From IMG/VR virus record IMGVR_UViG_3300037493_003022, positions 49,046 to 113,045 of that record: a DNA stretch of 64,000 nucleotides. The stretch is one strand, 5' to 3'. Below the pieces are notes generated by a model. It worked only from the letters and a program-made list of their open reading frames with translations, did no database searches and was not told the origin of the DNA. The translations under genes were made by a program, and so were the position numbers. This DNA comes from a virus. Shown piece after piece: positions 9,872-19,716 of this stretch; position 1 is the stretch's first letter, and each line of letters starts with the position of its first letter.

Positions 9872-10855
9872 TCAAGATGTTTTGTGAAGCTGTGTTTTTA
9901 TTATGTCAACCATGTTTCTAACCACCACGGAACTTCTAAAGTTCTCTACTGAGTTACTAGGACATTCATACTTACCACTATACGCATCGGATACTTTCCT
10001 CTGTGCATCTCCGATAACATATTGAGGGTACATGTACTCTTCTGATAGATACTCGGAGAAGGGAAGCATGTTAGGAACTACAGGAACAGCTCCAGCCATA
10101 ATTCCCTCTACCACAGAAGTATTAAGAGTGTCTCTCATTGATGCGTTAAATATGACTCTCGCGCGTCTCATTAGGGTATAATAAGACTCGCCTTGCAGAT
10201 ATTTAACACAGAATCCGGCTTGCGTGATTGTGTTTAGATACTCATGCTCCGGTCCATTGGAGTTATGGATAGGAGTATTGTATCCTGCTGCAAACACAAC
10301 TACATCTTTGAACGGAGCAAGTATCTGCATGGCAACCATAGGAAGTCGGTCGTTAGCCAACCTTCCAGATACGACTATCAATTCTTTACTGCTAGCGCAG
10401 GGTTTGGAAAATTTCTTCTCGTCAACAGGAAACCCTATTACGTGCATCGTATCCATGTTGCACGAATGGTAAAACATCCAAAAACTACGCAGAGAATGGG
10501 CAGTATTAAAGAAGATTCCTGCAAATCTCTCTCTGTCAAGGTCTCTCCCAAACTCCTCGTAGAACTCTTTCTGCTGTGGCCAGTCGTAGAAACCAAATAG
10601 CTCCGGTCCTCCGTGGTGATGCGCGAAGACAGGCTCGTGTCGTGACTCCGCGAAATCGAGCCACTTCTTGTACCCGTAATCGGTGTCTCCCATCATCAAC
10701 CAGAAATCCACTGGAAGACAGGTTAGGTGGTCGGGTTTCTCGGCGGGGAATACAGATACCTGATGTCCCAGCTTCAACAACTCCGATACTACGTTGTGGA
10801 AGTACGAGAACGTCCACGTACCCTCGAGTGGTTCCCCAATAAATCCGATGTGCAT
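9872..10855 (-). CDS. Glycosyltransferase, GT-B (GT4-like)
   Basis: MHIGFI start, LLKLGHQVSVF, SGRL, DTLNTSVVEGIMAGAVPVV (E-x7-E-like motif). Confidence 0.75.
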   Translation of the reverse strand: MHIGFIGEPLEGTWTFSYFHNVVSELLKLGHQVSVFPAEKPDHLTCLPVDFWLMMGDTDYGYKKWLDFAESRHEPVFAHHHGGPELFGFYDWPQQKEFYEEFGRDLDRERFAGIFFNTAHSLRSFWMFYHSCNMDTMHVIGFPVDEKKFSKPCASSKELIVVSGRLANDRLPMVAMQILAPFKDVVVFAAGYNTPIHNSNGPEHEYLNTITQAGFCVKYLQGESYYTLMRRARVIFNASMRDTLNTSVVEGIMAGAVPVVPNMLPFSEYLSEEYMYPQYVIGDAQRKVSDAYSGKYECPSNSVENFRSSVVVRNMVDIIKTQLHKTS

Positions 10856-10865
10856 GGTGTTTCCT

Positions 10866-11486
10866 TTAAAGTGGGTCGATACAATCTGGCGTTGAACCCG
10901 GCACGTTTACGCACTTCTGCCATCCCATGCAATACGTATTTGTTCTTTCAACAGATTTTCCGTTTAAGCAGACACTCTCACACTTAATCTCAGTCCTATC
11001 GCAACCACAGTAACCTGAGCTATCGCACTCTTGGCAGGCCCCGTTAATAATATCCCACTGACCAAAACGATCACAAGTGTATAGAGCGTTGTCGTAACAC
11101 AAAAAATCACCTTGTCTATAGCAAGGGTTGTTACGAGGATTGCTATCTGTTTCTACGAAGGTATCCGTCGATTCGGTTTGCGTATCGCTTGTTTCCGAGG
11201 AGGTAGAACTTGTTGGGATTTCAGTCTCTGTCTGAGTTCCCGGTGAAACCGTATCGATGCTCGTGTCTGAAGATACCGGAGTCTCAGTTTCCACGGAAGA
11301 TTCTGTAGTTTGCGAAGAGCTGGAAGAGCTGTCGTTGTCAGTAGCAGTATCAGAGCCACTGGGATCAGTATCAGCACTCCCTGTAGAAGTATCTCCAGAA
11401 TCTGCATCGAGATCTCCTTCTGCTTTCTCAGACACCATTGCTGAGCATCCACACACTGCGAACAAAACGATGAGCAACTTCTTCAT
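10866..11486 (-). CDS. Predicted lipoprotein with Ser/Thr/Asp-rich linker and Cys-rich C-terminal domain
   Basis: MKKLLIVLFAVCGC signal/lipobox-like start; long S/T/D/E tract; 12 Cys in the last ~86 aa. Confidence 0.65.
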   Translation of the reverse strand: MKKLLIVLFAVCGCSAMVSEKAEGDLDADSGDTSTGSADTDPSGSDTATDNDSSSSSSQTTESSVETETPVSSDTSIDTVSPGTQTETEIPTSSTSSETSDTQTESTDTFVETDSNPRNNPCYRQGDFLCYDNALYTCDRFGQWDIINGACQECDSSGYCGCDRTEIKCESVCLNGKSVERTNTYCMGWQKCVNVPGSTPDCIDPL

Positions 11487-11519
11487 AATACACCTCTTCT
11501 GGTTGTTTGAAACCTTTGG

Positions 11520-11825
11520 TTATTCGAGATTTAAACGCTTCTTCAAGGCATTCGAGGATAACTTAGTGCTATCCGTTCTAGTTACGTACACGCGGTATGA
11601 AGTTCCGTCTGTCATGTAGATGTTTATACTGTCATCGTCCGCACCTGATCTTTCTATAGACTTTATCACAGTCTGTGTTTTAGAAAGTTCGTTTGCAGCC
11701 ATATTCAGGTCTTCTGAAGCAGACCTATCCTTTGACCAGTTATCCATAGCTTCCAGAGACAGAAACACAACTTCTGCTAAGTCAACACGAGTCTTCGCTC
11801 GGACAATGCGTCTTTGTTCGCTCAT
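11520..11825 (-). CDS. Hypothetical protein
   Basis: Probable start MSEQ overlapping the methyltransferase stop (ATGA). Confidence 0.5.
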   Translation of the reverse strand: MSEQRRIVRAKTRVDLAEVVFLSLEAMDNWSKDRSASEDLNMAANELSKTQTVIKSIERSGADDDSINIYMTDGTSYRVYVTRTDSTKLSSNALKKRLNLE

Positions 11826-12424
11826 GGCTTCTGGTACGCCCTGTAGATGCAAGTGTTCAGCTCTACTTCTTTGATTCGTCGATTGTAGACTTCGAGTCTC
11901 ACTACCGCCTCGAATACCGTCTTCGCGTCCCAAAGTTCCGCTGGAAAGGGAAGTTGGCTACACATGCCTTGTAGAATCCCGGTCACGAGCAAGAGGCCAC
12001 CGGGGTTAACGAACCCGTGGTAGAACTTCTCACAGGCCAGGATGTTCTCTTCGGGGTCCGCGTTTCGCTCGAAGAAATCGGAGACGACGCAGAGGTCAAC
12101 CGGCCCAGGCAGCTTCTTCCACCCCTCTTCGTCGAGAGCATCAGCCACTCGAACCGGCGTCTGGCAGCGATGAAAAGCGTCCCTTGCCGGGCGTTCGCTG
12201 ATTTCAACTGCGTAGCTCCCGCCAGCTCGAGGGAGCATTGTGCTCTCCAGGTGGCGAAGCAACCCGCCTTCACCGCAGCCGATTTCGCAGAAGTTTCCAA
12301 TCCGGTCATACATGAGCTGCTGGGCAATTCCGGCCGTCAAAGGCCATCGATTCCTAACGCGATACCCGAACGGATCTTCCACTTGATACAGTTCATCCAT
12401 CTCTGCTTTGATGTCTCTTGTCAT
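11822..12424 (-). CDS. Class I SAM-dependent methyltransferase (NodS-like)
   Basis: EDPFGY, motif I EIGCGEG, AVEIS, VADAL, VNPGGLLLV. Confidence 0.8.
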   Translation of the reverse strand: MTRDIKAEMDELYQVEDPFGYRVRNRWPLTAGIAQQLMYDRIGNFCEIGCGEGGLLRHLESTMLPRAGGSYAVEISERPARDAFHRCQTPVRVADALDEEGWKKLPGPVDLCVVSDFFERNADPEENILACEKFYHGFVNPGGLLLVTGILQGMCSQLPFPAELWDAKTVFEAVVRLEVYNRRIKEVELNTCIYRAYQKP

Positions 12425-12427
12425 GAC

Positions 12428-12730
12428 TTACTCCATTAGTAGGTTCACACCTGTGCGTTTAAAGAAATCATGACACTCAGAACCGGACATGGCAACTCTC
12501 CCGTTATAGACACGAATCCCGGTAGTCCCTGGTGTGAGAGCCAAGACAGTAATTTTATCCGATGACGGTTGATAGAGGAGACTGAATTCCTTGTACCCGC
12601 CTAGTTGATTCAAAATCAACTTTGCATGAATGCAGTACGCGGCATAAGAGATCTCTCTAGTTCCAACAGAGTCCTTTTCAAAATGGATTGAAAACGTCTC
12701 ACCGTTAACAATCATCTTCGCCGATTTCAT
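12428..12730 (-). CDS. Hypothetical protein
   Basis: GGAGG SD, tight packing with neighbours. Confidence 0.55.
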   Translation of the reverse strand: MKSAKMIVNGETFSIHFEKDSVGTREISYAAYCIHAKLILNQLGGYKEFSLLYQPSSDKITVLALTPGTTGIRVYNGRVAMSGSECHDFFKRTGVNLLME

Positions 12731-13077
12731 TTCGGTTCCTCCACAGCACAGAGCACTTTGACGTGCTCTTTAATCAGGTACTCGACTAGGTTGCAGCCAT
12801 GACCTTTAACATCTGCCCACAGGTTGTTGCTTCCGTCGATGCGGACAGGAATGACAAACTTGCTACCATCCTCACGTTCGCACCAGAACCACCAAGGAAA
12901 GCCGGGGCGAACCCTGGAGAACATGGCCACGAAGCGTTTCGATATTTCTTCGAACTTAACCCTGTGTGCCTGCATCTCCGGTGGGACATCGGAGTCATCC
13001 CAGATGAAGTTCTTCCGCATTCGAGCGATGCGTTCTTCCTTGCTCTCCGTGTCCTCAGGTTCAAACACGCCGCTCAT
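12727..13077 (-). CDS. Hypothetical protein
   Basis: Probable start MSGVFEP; stop overlaps next ATG. Confidence 0.5.
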   Translation of the reverse strand: MSGVFEPEDTESKEERIARMRKNFIWDDSDVPPEMQAHRVKFEEISKRFVAMFSRVRPGFPWWFWCEREDGSKFVIPVRIDGSNNLWADVKGHGCNLVEYLIKEHVKVLCAVEEPK

Positions 13078-13210
13078 GACATCAACCCCTGTACGGTAAA
13101 AGTAAAACCCAGCCCATCGAGTTCCTGGCAGCACGCCACAAACGACATGCTGTTGACATACGCCGGAACGCGGAAGTTCATCTCGGTCTCTCCAGTATGT
13201 TGGCTCTCTG

Positions 13211-13567
13211 TCATCCCTCGCAACTGCATCCCGAATCCGACCGCCTGCCGGTAGCAGCAGAGGTCATCGAGTGCATTCGAGAATGCGAGTCGGTACTGCT
13301 TCCCACTGACATCTTGAAGAACGCCCACACGGCAAGTGTCCCGGTTAAAGCCATCAAACACACGGCGCATACGTAGGGCAGTCTCCATTGAAACTCCTTC
13401 TCAGGTTGGACCTCAAGGGTCATGGGTTGAGGTTGCACAGGAAACATAGAGGGTCCTTGAGCAGCCATTTCGGCTCTGACAGATTTCAGTGAAGCCATCC
13501 TGGAGAGATGCAGGTTCATGGGATGGGCAGAAGAAAGAGGATGTTGGTTTGTTTGGTGTGTTTTCAT
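13211..13567 (-). CDS. Hypothetical membrane protein, probably leaderless
   Basis: One hydrophobic segment; ATG 6 nt after TATAAT. Confidence 0.5.
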   Translation of the reverse strand: MKTHQTNQHPLSSAHPMNLHLSRMASLKSVRAEMAAQGPSMFPVQPQPMTLEVQPEKEFQWRLPYVCAVCLMALTGTLAVWAFFKMSVGSSTDSHSRMHSMTSAATGRRSDSGCSCEG

Positions 13568-13589
13568 ATTAAGATTATAAGAGGTAGCT
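13565..13589 (-). promoter_or_regulatory. Repeated promoter element (-10 / 6 nt / ATG class)
   Basis: AGCTacctct-TATAAT-cttaat-ATGAAAACACACCAAACAAACC. Confidence 0.75.
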
Positions 13590-13869
13590 TTAGTTAAAGA
13601 TAGTAGTTTATGACATCTTTATTTAGTCTCATGCCTTGCAGACTGTTTATTAGATTCTCAATGTTAAAATTCGCGGGGTTCCTCGTTCTACACCTGGAAG
13701 GTGCTGTTGGCTTGTTTTGGCTTATTTGGGCTTGTTGTCTTTGTTAACCCTATTTGTAAACTGCTAACCCTATTTGCTAATTAGTTATAGCTTGGTGGTG
13801 GGGTGTGGGTGGGCAGACTTAACTAGCTTAACGTGGATGCAAGTAACCAAAATTTGTACGAGGGATTAA

Positions 13870-13923
13870 TAAGACCCGTAGAGTATCGATTTCGTAATCC
13901 AGAATGGCTAAGACCCGTAGAGT
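13870..13923. repeat. 15 bp direct repeat TAAGACCCGTAGAGT x2
   Basis: Copies at 13870-13884 and 13909-13923. Confidence 0.85.
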
Positions 13924-14020
13924 GACGAGAGCTAGGACCCCGAGCCATCTGGTCGGCGATTGAGGTCAAACCCATCGTCGACCGTTTGGCACGATTCGTG
14001 CTAAGGGAAAGGGCAGGGTG

Positions 14021-14569
14021 TTAGTCCCCTGCGGCCCGTGCCGCTTTTGCTACCTGCCTAGCGGCAATCGCAGCGGCTTTGACGGCCAGGATTGCGGCGC
14101 GCTCATCGGATTCAGCGTAATGCCAAGCACGGGAGATACGGGTGCGGACAGTGGCGTCTTGCGGCACAGCGGCCGACACAGACACATCAACCACAACTAC
14201 GTCGCTTGAATTGCTAGCGGTTTTGCCGGTGATTGGGTTAACCCAACCGGAATTGATCTTGTTCATGTGGCGGATAGCGTGTTTGTGATCGTTAGTGAAA
14301 CCGAGGCAATAGCGCCCATCGGGACCGTCACCCACCCACGCCCACGCACAGACCTTGCTGGCCGATACCATCTTCGTGAACACACGGCCCGTGGTTGGGT
14401 CGTTAGCTACCATGTAGACCATACCATCGGGGGCAGCGACGGGGGCGACAGGGGCGAGGTCGGTTCCCTCTTCGATCGCGTCCACGAGCAAAGCCAACTC
14501 CTCGCGATTCATGATAGCATTCTCGGGATTGGCCAACTCGACGATAGCTGTTTTCTTGTTCCTTGCCAT
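14021..14569 (-). CDS. Hypothetical protein (Ala-rich C-terminus)
   Basis: 182 aa, AAGAGGA SD, TTGACT-type promoter upstream near 14660-14690. Confidence 0.65.
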   Translation of the reverse strand: MARNKKTAIVELANPENAIMNREELALLVDAIEEGTDLAPVAPVAAPDGMVYMVANDPTTGRVFTKMVSASKVCAWAWVGDGPDGRYCLGFTNDHKHAIRHMNKINSGWVNPITGKTASNSSDVVVVDVSVSAAVPQDATVRTRISRAWHYAESDERAAILAVKAAAIAARQVAKAARAAGD

Positions 14570-15143
14570 TGTGAATCCTCTTTTGAGCGCGTGACTTGTT
14601 CGCGCTCTGTAGTGGCGAGTTGTTTGTGTCTCGCCGTTTCAATCAACCATCAACCATCTACATAATGACACAACGGCAGAAGGAGTCAATAACTTTTCTC
14701 TGCTATTTTTAACTTGGACTAACTTATTTTCGGCATACTCTTTGCAAGTATATCTTTATCTATGGCAAGATTACCTAACCTTTTGTAACCCTAGGAAATC
14801 ACTTGTCTTTTAGGAGTATGGAATTTGTGGTTATAGAAAACATGGAAGATGAGAAAGTGACGGACTAAAAGTAAAGTCGCTCTATGCTCGGTAAATTGTC
14901 GGGGCATACTAGCCTAGCCATAACCCTATGACGCGGCAGGAATAGGCGATTAGATGCTTTCTCGTGAATTCATAGGCTAACGTGCGCAATGGATAAGATT
15001 GACGAGCATAAAAAAGCGAGGAGATAGTAAAAAGCGCTTGCCATACTGAAAAAACGGAGTTACAGACTAATTAACTCAAATGAGAGTCACCAAACACCCG
15101 GCTCCGCGAACTACCCACGCGGGCCACAACGAAAGGATTAAAC

Positions 15144-15422
15144 ATGACACTCTCCGAAAATTGCGTAACGACTCGCAAGGTCATACTCCGCGACAGGGGC
15201 GAACGGTTGGAGTACATCAGAAACGCCAGCACGAGTCACGCAGAGGAAAGGCTGGACGTGGCAACGGTACAAGATTGGATAGTGGACGTGTTGGCTATGT
15301 CTACCGACGACACCGAGCATAACGAGCGCATGGCCTATGCCCGAGCGGAATTGCTAGCGGGAAGTGACAAGCAATGGGATGAGTGCGTAAACCTCTGGTC
15401 GCTGGAAAGCGAGGGGATGTAA
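15144..15422 (+). CDS. Hypothetical protein
   Basis: AAAGGA SD; first of a short plus-strand gene run. Confidence 0.55.
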   Translation: MTLSENCVTTRKVILRDRGERLEYIRNASTSHAEERLDVATVQDWIVDVLAMSTDDTEHNERMAYARAELLAGSDKQWDECVNLWSLESEGM

Positions 15423-15491
15423 CATGCAAGCCCTATTCACCCTCGCCGCTATCCTGTCCCCCATGCTCGCGCTCGTTTTACGGGTGTCGTT

Positions 15492-15785
15492 ATGAGGTCA
15501 CGCCTACTTGTCATCGGTTTCTTGATTGCCAGTGCTTATGCCTGGCATTGCTCCGCAAGCAATTTCAGCGACTTTCATCGTACCCGCGCGCAACTCGCGA
15601 TAGCTGAAAGACTCCTGTCCAGTGGCGCGACTGACACGGATACCCTTGCGATTGAGAATGCTTGGCGAAATGCTGCCGCTATGGCCCGCAATCTCACAGG
15701 CGCACAACACTCCTCTCTGCTCCGCGACTTTCCCAAAGCGACCGACCTCGGCTGCGGTTCATTCTTCGCGCTTTGCCCCCGATAG
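15492..15785 (+). CDS. Hypothetical secreted/membrane protein
   Basis: Signal-like N-terminus MRSRLLVIGFLIASAYA. Confidence 0.45.
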   Translation: MRSRLLVIGFLIASAYAWHCSASNFSDFHRTRAQLAIAERLLSSGATDTDTLAIENAWRNAAAMARNLTGAQHSSLLRDFPKATDLGCGSFFALCPR

Positions 15786-15922
15786 GCTCAAAAGTTAACC
15801 CTCGTTTTTGCCCCTCTCTTTTGACTCCCCTGTCCCCTAGTCCCTCAGTCGCTTGAAAAACAGGGGTTAAAACCCTCGTTTTTGACGCCAAATCACCCGG
15901 TTTTGACGGCAATCAATAGACA

Positions 15923-15980
15923 ACGGGTTTTTTCAGTAGCAATAAACGAGCCAACAACAGACGACGGGTTTTTTCAGTAG
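15923..15980. repeat. 17 bp direct repeat ACGGGTTTTTTCAGTAG x2
   Basis: Copies at 15923-15939 and 15964-15980. Confidence 0.85.
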
Positions 15981-17121
15981 TGGCAGAATTACAGTGCGCT
16001 TGGACGAAATTACAGGCAGCTTGGAAACTTGTCCTAAAGAGACTATAAAAATAAAACCGAGTAACCATTTTGGCTGTGAAAAAATTCTTTCCCGCTGCGC
16101 CTGGCTGTTAAGCCCTACCGCACCGAATAAACCAAGGGCTGGGTCCAAACCATCCGTTTCACTTTTTCTGCCGGGGTCTTTTTCGACCGAAAGAGCCTCA
16201 CCCAACCCTACCGACACGACCGAATCGGCTTAAAGCTGGGTTCCAAGGGAGCTTTTCACTTTTTCTGCTCGAAAACCTCAAAAGTTAACCCCTGTTTTTC
16301 GAAGTCTCGTGGGCAAGGGCCTTGATGACCTCCGTGAGATGAGCTTTTTTGGGCCTTAACTTTTCCACTTTTGAGGCTTGTTTGACCCCTCAAACACACC
16401 GAATCGGCCTAAGTCTTAGTTTCTTCAGCATGTATCGCTTTTTCTGCTCGAGGAACCATGCCTCTTTTAGAGCTGAAACCCTCAAACATGGAATCTATAG
16501 GCACTTTTGGGCTCAAAATGAGGCCATTTATCACCTAGTCTGCATAAAGCTGTGACCCAATGATTCCAAGCACTTAGGAGTTTTTGGTTCAACTTTCCCC
16601 CTAGGGCTGAAAGAATTAAACTGCATAAAAAGATGCGCTTTGGAAGATTGACTGCATATCTATAGAAAAGGCATCTGGAAAGGAGCTTTTTGGCTCAAAG
16701 TTGGCTTTTTCCGATACAAACGGGTGACTGTAGCTTCGTGTGCTGGCCGGTATATACCGATACACTTGAACCTAAAAGCTCAATGATCTCAAACATCTAG
16801 GCTACATGAACACTCACCCTAGGAAAGAGACCAGAAAAAGGGGTATTGGAGAGGTAGTTACTATGTATTACTCTCTAGTTATGATCATAGTTAATAGAGA
16901 GAATCTTAGAGGTTTTGGAGGTATTGAGAGGTCTGGAGGATGAAATCCTCAATGATTTCACATACATTCGGAGGTTTCTATCGCCGCGAATTTTTGTAAA
17001 TTTTAGGTAGGTTCAGAGACCATACAGATAGTGACACTACCTGTATGTCAGTATCACTTTGATATCTTTGAATGCAGCTCTTTGAAGGATTTCATAGGGG
17101 CAGAACCCAGGAGGGTTCATC

Positions 17122-17709
17122 TTACCCGTGAAATTTTTCGACTTCGCGAAGATGCTCATCTACGAAGGCATTCAGCCTATCAGGGAGGGTACTCGTATCT
17201 CCCATCTCCCCGGTGTATCCCAACCTCCTGAATGCCTCACACACCGCAAACACGATGTCACTGTAGGCTGTAGCCTTTGCCCACCAGTGCTGGACAGAGT
17301 TGCCCTTGTAGATGTTCTTATCAGCCAGATCCTCAATCTGTTGTTCGAGGTGCCCTATCTTCTCCCCGAGAGCTAGCTCCCTGAAGATTGCAGACACTCT
17401 TTCAGACTCAGCCTTATCCCTGGCTTCCTCTAGTTCTGAAGAACTGATCGTGATTGTGGCCTCGACATTGGAGAGGTGCTTGTCCATGCAGTCTCCTATG
17501 AGGAACATGGGAATGGTCGTGTCACTGCGCATACAGAAACACGTCTCCAGTGGAGTTGAGTCCCCTATCCCAAAGAGAACGTACTTCCCATCCTTGTTCT
17601 TTCTACAGTGCATGGGGAAGGGCTTTGCATGGATGTACCCTGTACTCTTCACATAGTAGTGCCCCTCTTTCTGAGGGATTTCAGTTGTCCACTTCATCTT
17701 CTTCCTCAT
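17122..17709 (-). CDS. Hypothetical protein
   Basis: WTTEIPQKEGHYY N-terminus typical of phage accessory proteins; coiled-coil middle. Confidence 0.55.
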   Translation of the reverse strand: MRKKMKWTTEIPQKEGHYYVKSTGYIHAKPFPMHCRKNKDGKYVLFGIGDSTPLETCFCMRSDTTIPMFLIGDCMDKHLSNVEATITISSSELEEARDKAESERVSAIFRELALGEKIGHLEQQIEDLADKNIYKGNSVQHWWAKATAYSDIVFAVCEAFRRLGYTGEMGDTSTLPDRLNAFVDEHLREVEKFHG

Positions 17710-18061
17710 CCTTGGCGGAAATCTCTGTTGCCACTCCGCGCCGTGACTGCTGCAACTCCCACTGGATAGCTGTCAACTCCTGGAGAGTGCCGTGTAGCAC
17801 CAACTGACCTCGCCTGTTCTTGTTATAGTTGTCTGCGATGGTAATCCTCAGCTTATCGATCGCTGCGCTCCATCCAGCCCGAAAAGTCTGCGCCAAGAAG
17901 TCCATCTGCTCCTCGGTGGTGTTGGTGAGCACGGACTCATGAGAAGTCAGATACTCTCCAGCCGCTCGCTTTGAAGCCATCGCAACTGTGTAGCTGATTC
18001 CTTGCGATTCATCTGCGTTTAATACCCAACGAACATCTTCTGGCGTCATAACCTTACTCAT
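17681..18061 (-). CDS. Hypothetical protein
   Basis: GGAGG SD, 126 aa. Confidence 0.55.
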   Translation of the reverse strand: MSKVMTPEDVRWVLNADESQGISYTVAMASKRAAGEYLTSHESVLTNTTEEQMDFLAQTFRAGWSAAIDKLRITIADNYNKNRRGQLVLHGTLQELTAIQWELQQSRRGVATEISAKDEEEDEVDN

Positions 18062-18079
18062 CTTCTTCCTCCGCGAATT

Positions 18080-18295
18080 TTATTGATCACCGTAATTAGA
18101 AGGATGCCCTGGATGAAAGTAGTCTCCGTGATCGTCATCCGACTCCCACCCACTCCCAGGATCATCCCAATTTGGCCTGGTGCATCGACAGGCTGGATAC
18201 CTCGAACATCCCCAGAATTCATGGCCATCGGACATCCGAGATCGATGAACCATTGGTGCATTACACCTACTGCAATTTGGAACAGGAGTATCCAT
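18080..18295 (-). CDS. Stand-alone topoisomerase-type C4 zinc ribbon protein
   Basis: CSRCNAPMVHRSRMSDGHEFWGCSRYPAC matches the zf-C4_Topoisom pattern; start at MDTP after GGAG-rich SD. Confidence 0.65.
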   Translation of the reverse strand: MDTPVPNCSRCNAPMVHRSRMSDGHEFWGCSRYPACRCTRPNWDDPGSGWESDDDHGDYFHPGHPSNYGDQ

Positions 18296-19271
18296 TGGCT
18301 TCTCCCTCTCCGCGAATTTCTTTAGAGGCGACCTCTCTTCATGACATTGGTTGTTCGAGCATTCCAACCGGCGAGATAACCATCGAGGTAGAGTCTGACG
18401 GATGCAAAGTCTGCCCTGGAGCAATCAACACTGCGCATTCCGTCAACAGTGGGATGGATGAAAACTGTGACAGAAGGAAAGCGTGTCTTCAACCTCAAGG
18501 AGATGTCTTCAGCCTCTTCTACGGTGAGACTGCCTACATAGGACTTGTTACTATCACTCGGATAGTTCTTGCGGAGGAAGATGTCCATCTTGTCTTCGGA
18601 TAGGCCGTTCATCGTTCAACCCTCCTTGGGGATGTCTGATTGAAAGAAGTACCCACAGGCTTCCTTGTCACCGGAATTTTCGACTCCCTTTTGTGGGATT
18701 TCACAACAGATTTGCCAGGCTTCATCCCTGTGGCAGCAGTTACCGCCGAAGTGGTGACACCTCTTGTCACAGACAAAAGGGTCTACCCCGTTGGTCCTCC
18801 AGAAGAGAAGCAGTGCTTCTAGGAAGCCCATCATGTCGGCCTCTGGGGATTTGAGGAGTTCTTCCCACATACCTGTCTGGGGAAGGAGCATGAAGATGCG
18901 CTCGTACTTCTGCCCTTCAACAGCATGGCGCTGTATAGAACCGTCTTCGAGGTCAGCGACGAGCATGCCGGTGGTGTTTTTGTCACAGTCCGTGAAGAGG
19001 AATGTCGCGGTTTTCATCAGAGCACCTCGTTCGCATTGAAGTTCATGCCGAAGAGGTAATCCTGAGCGGCCTGAAGTCCTTCGGGAGTTTCGTAGTCGTG
19101 TATCCACCGCATTGAGATTGGGTCGAGTACGTACTCAACCTTGAAGAACTCTTGTACGAGTCGGAGGTTCTCACGAGTGGACACATAATGCCGATTGGGA
19201 GTGGTATTCATCTTGAGCTCCTGACACAGTTCAAAATTGCGTGATTGCAAATTTTGTTGGTAGTTGTGTGT

Positions 19272-19295
19272 CATGCAAAGAGTATAGTGGTTACT
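19272..19295 (-). promoter_or_regulatory. Repeated promoter element (-10 / 6 nt / ATG class)
   Basis: AGTaaccac-TATACT-ctttgc-ATGACACACAACTACCAAC. Confidence 0.65.
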
Positions 19296-19716
19296 CATGA
19301 ATGATGGAAGATGGTAAGTTAGTTCTTCAGAAGTTTTCTCTTACCCGCGAAATCTATTCTTGCTGTGACTTGAGAACTCTTGGATGAATAACACCCTGAG
19401 ATTTAGCTGCTAACTCATGGATAGCCCACCCAGTTACCTCTTCACACAGAAGATCTTCTGGACCCTCTCCTTGCGGAAGATAGAAGTAACAATCGCTCTT
19501 AGGATGCCACCATAGATTGTACTCAGTCATAGCGTGCCCTCCTATATGGACCTGTTACAGAGCCATCCTCATGCACGGCGTAGACCTTGTAAGAGATATC
19601 TGTATCTCTGAAAGCCTCATAAGCCACGTCATGGGCTTCATCTTCTCCTTTAATATTGCTCTCCCAACATGGACCACCGGGAACACGTACTTCATAGAAA
19701 CAAATCTTACTCATGG

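Larger units (their letters stand above)
13666..16994. other. Repeat-rich, low-coding island (candidate genome terminus/packaging or origin region)
   Basis: Few ORFs, divergent transcription, many A/T tracts, short direct repeats, bounded by an 11 bp inverted repeat. Confidence 0.5.

Noticed and set aside
13740-16300. Short direct repeats as a possible CRISPR array, with the Cas4-like gene
   Set aside because: Only two copies of each repeat and no regular spacers or cas1/cas2; solo Cas4-like nucleases are common in phage recombination modules.
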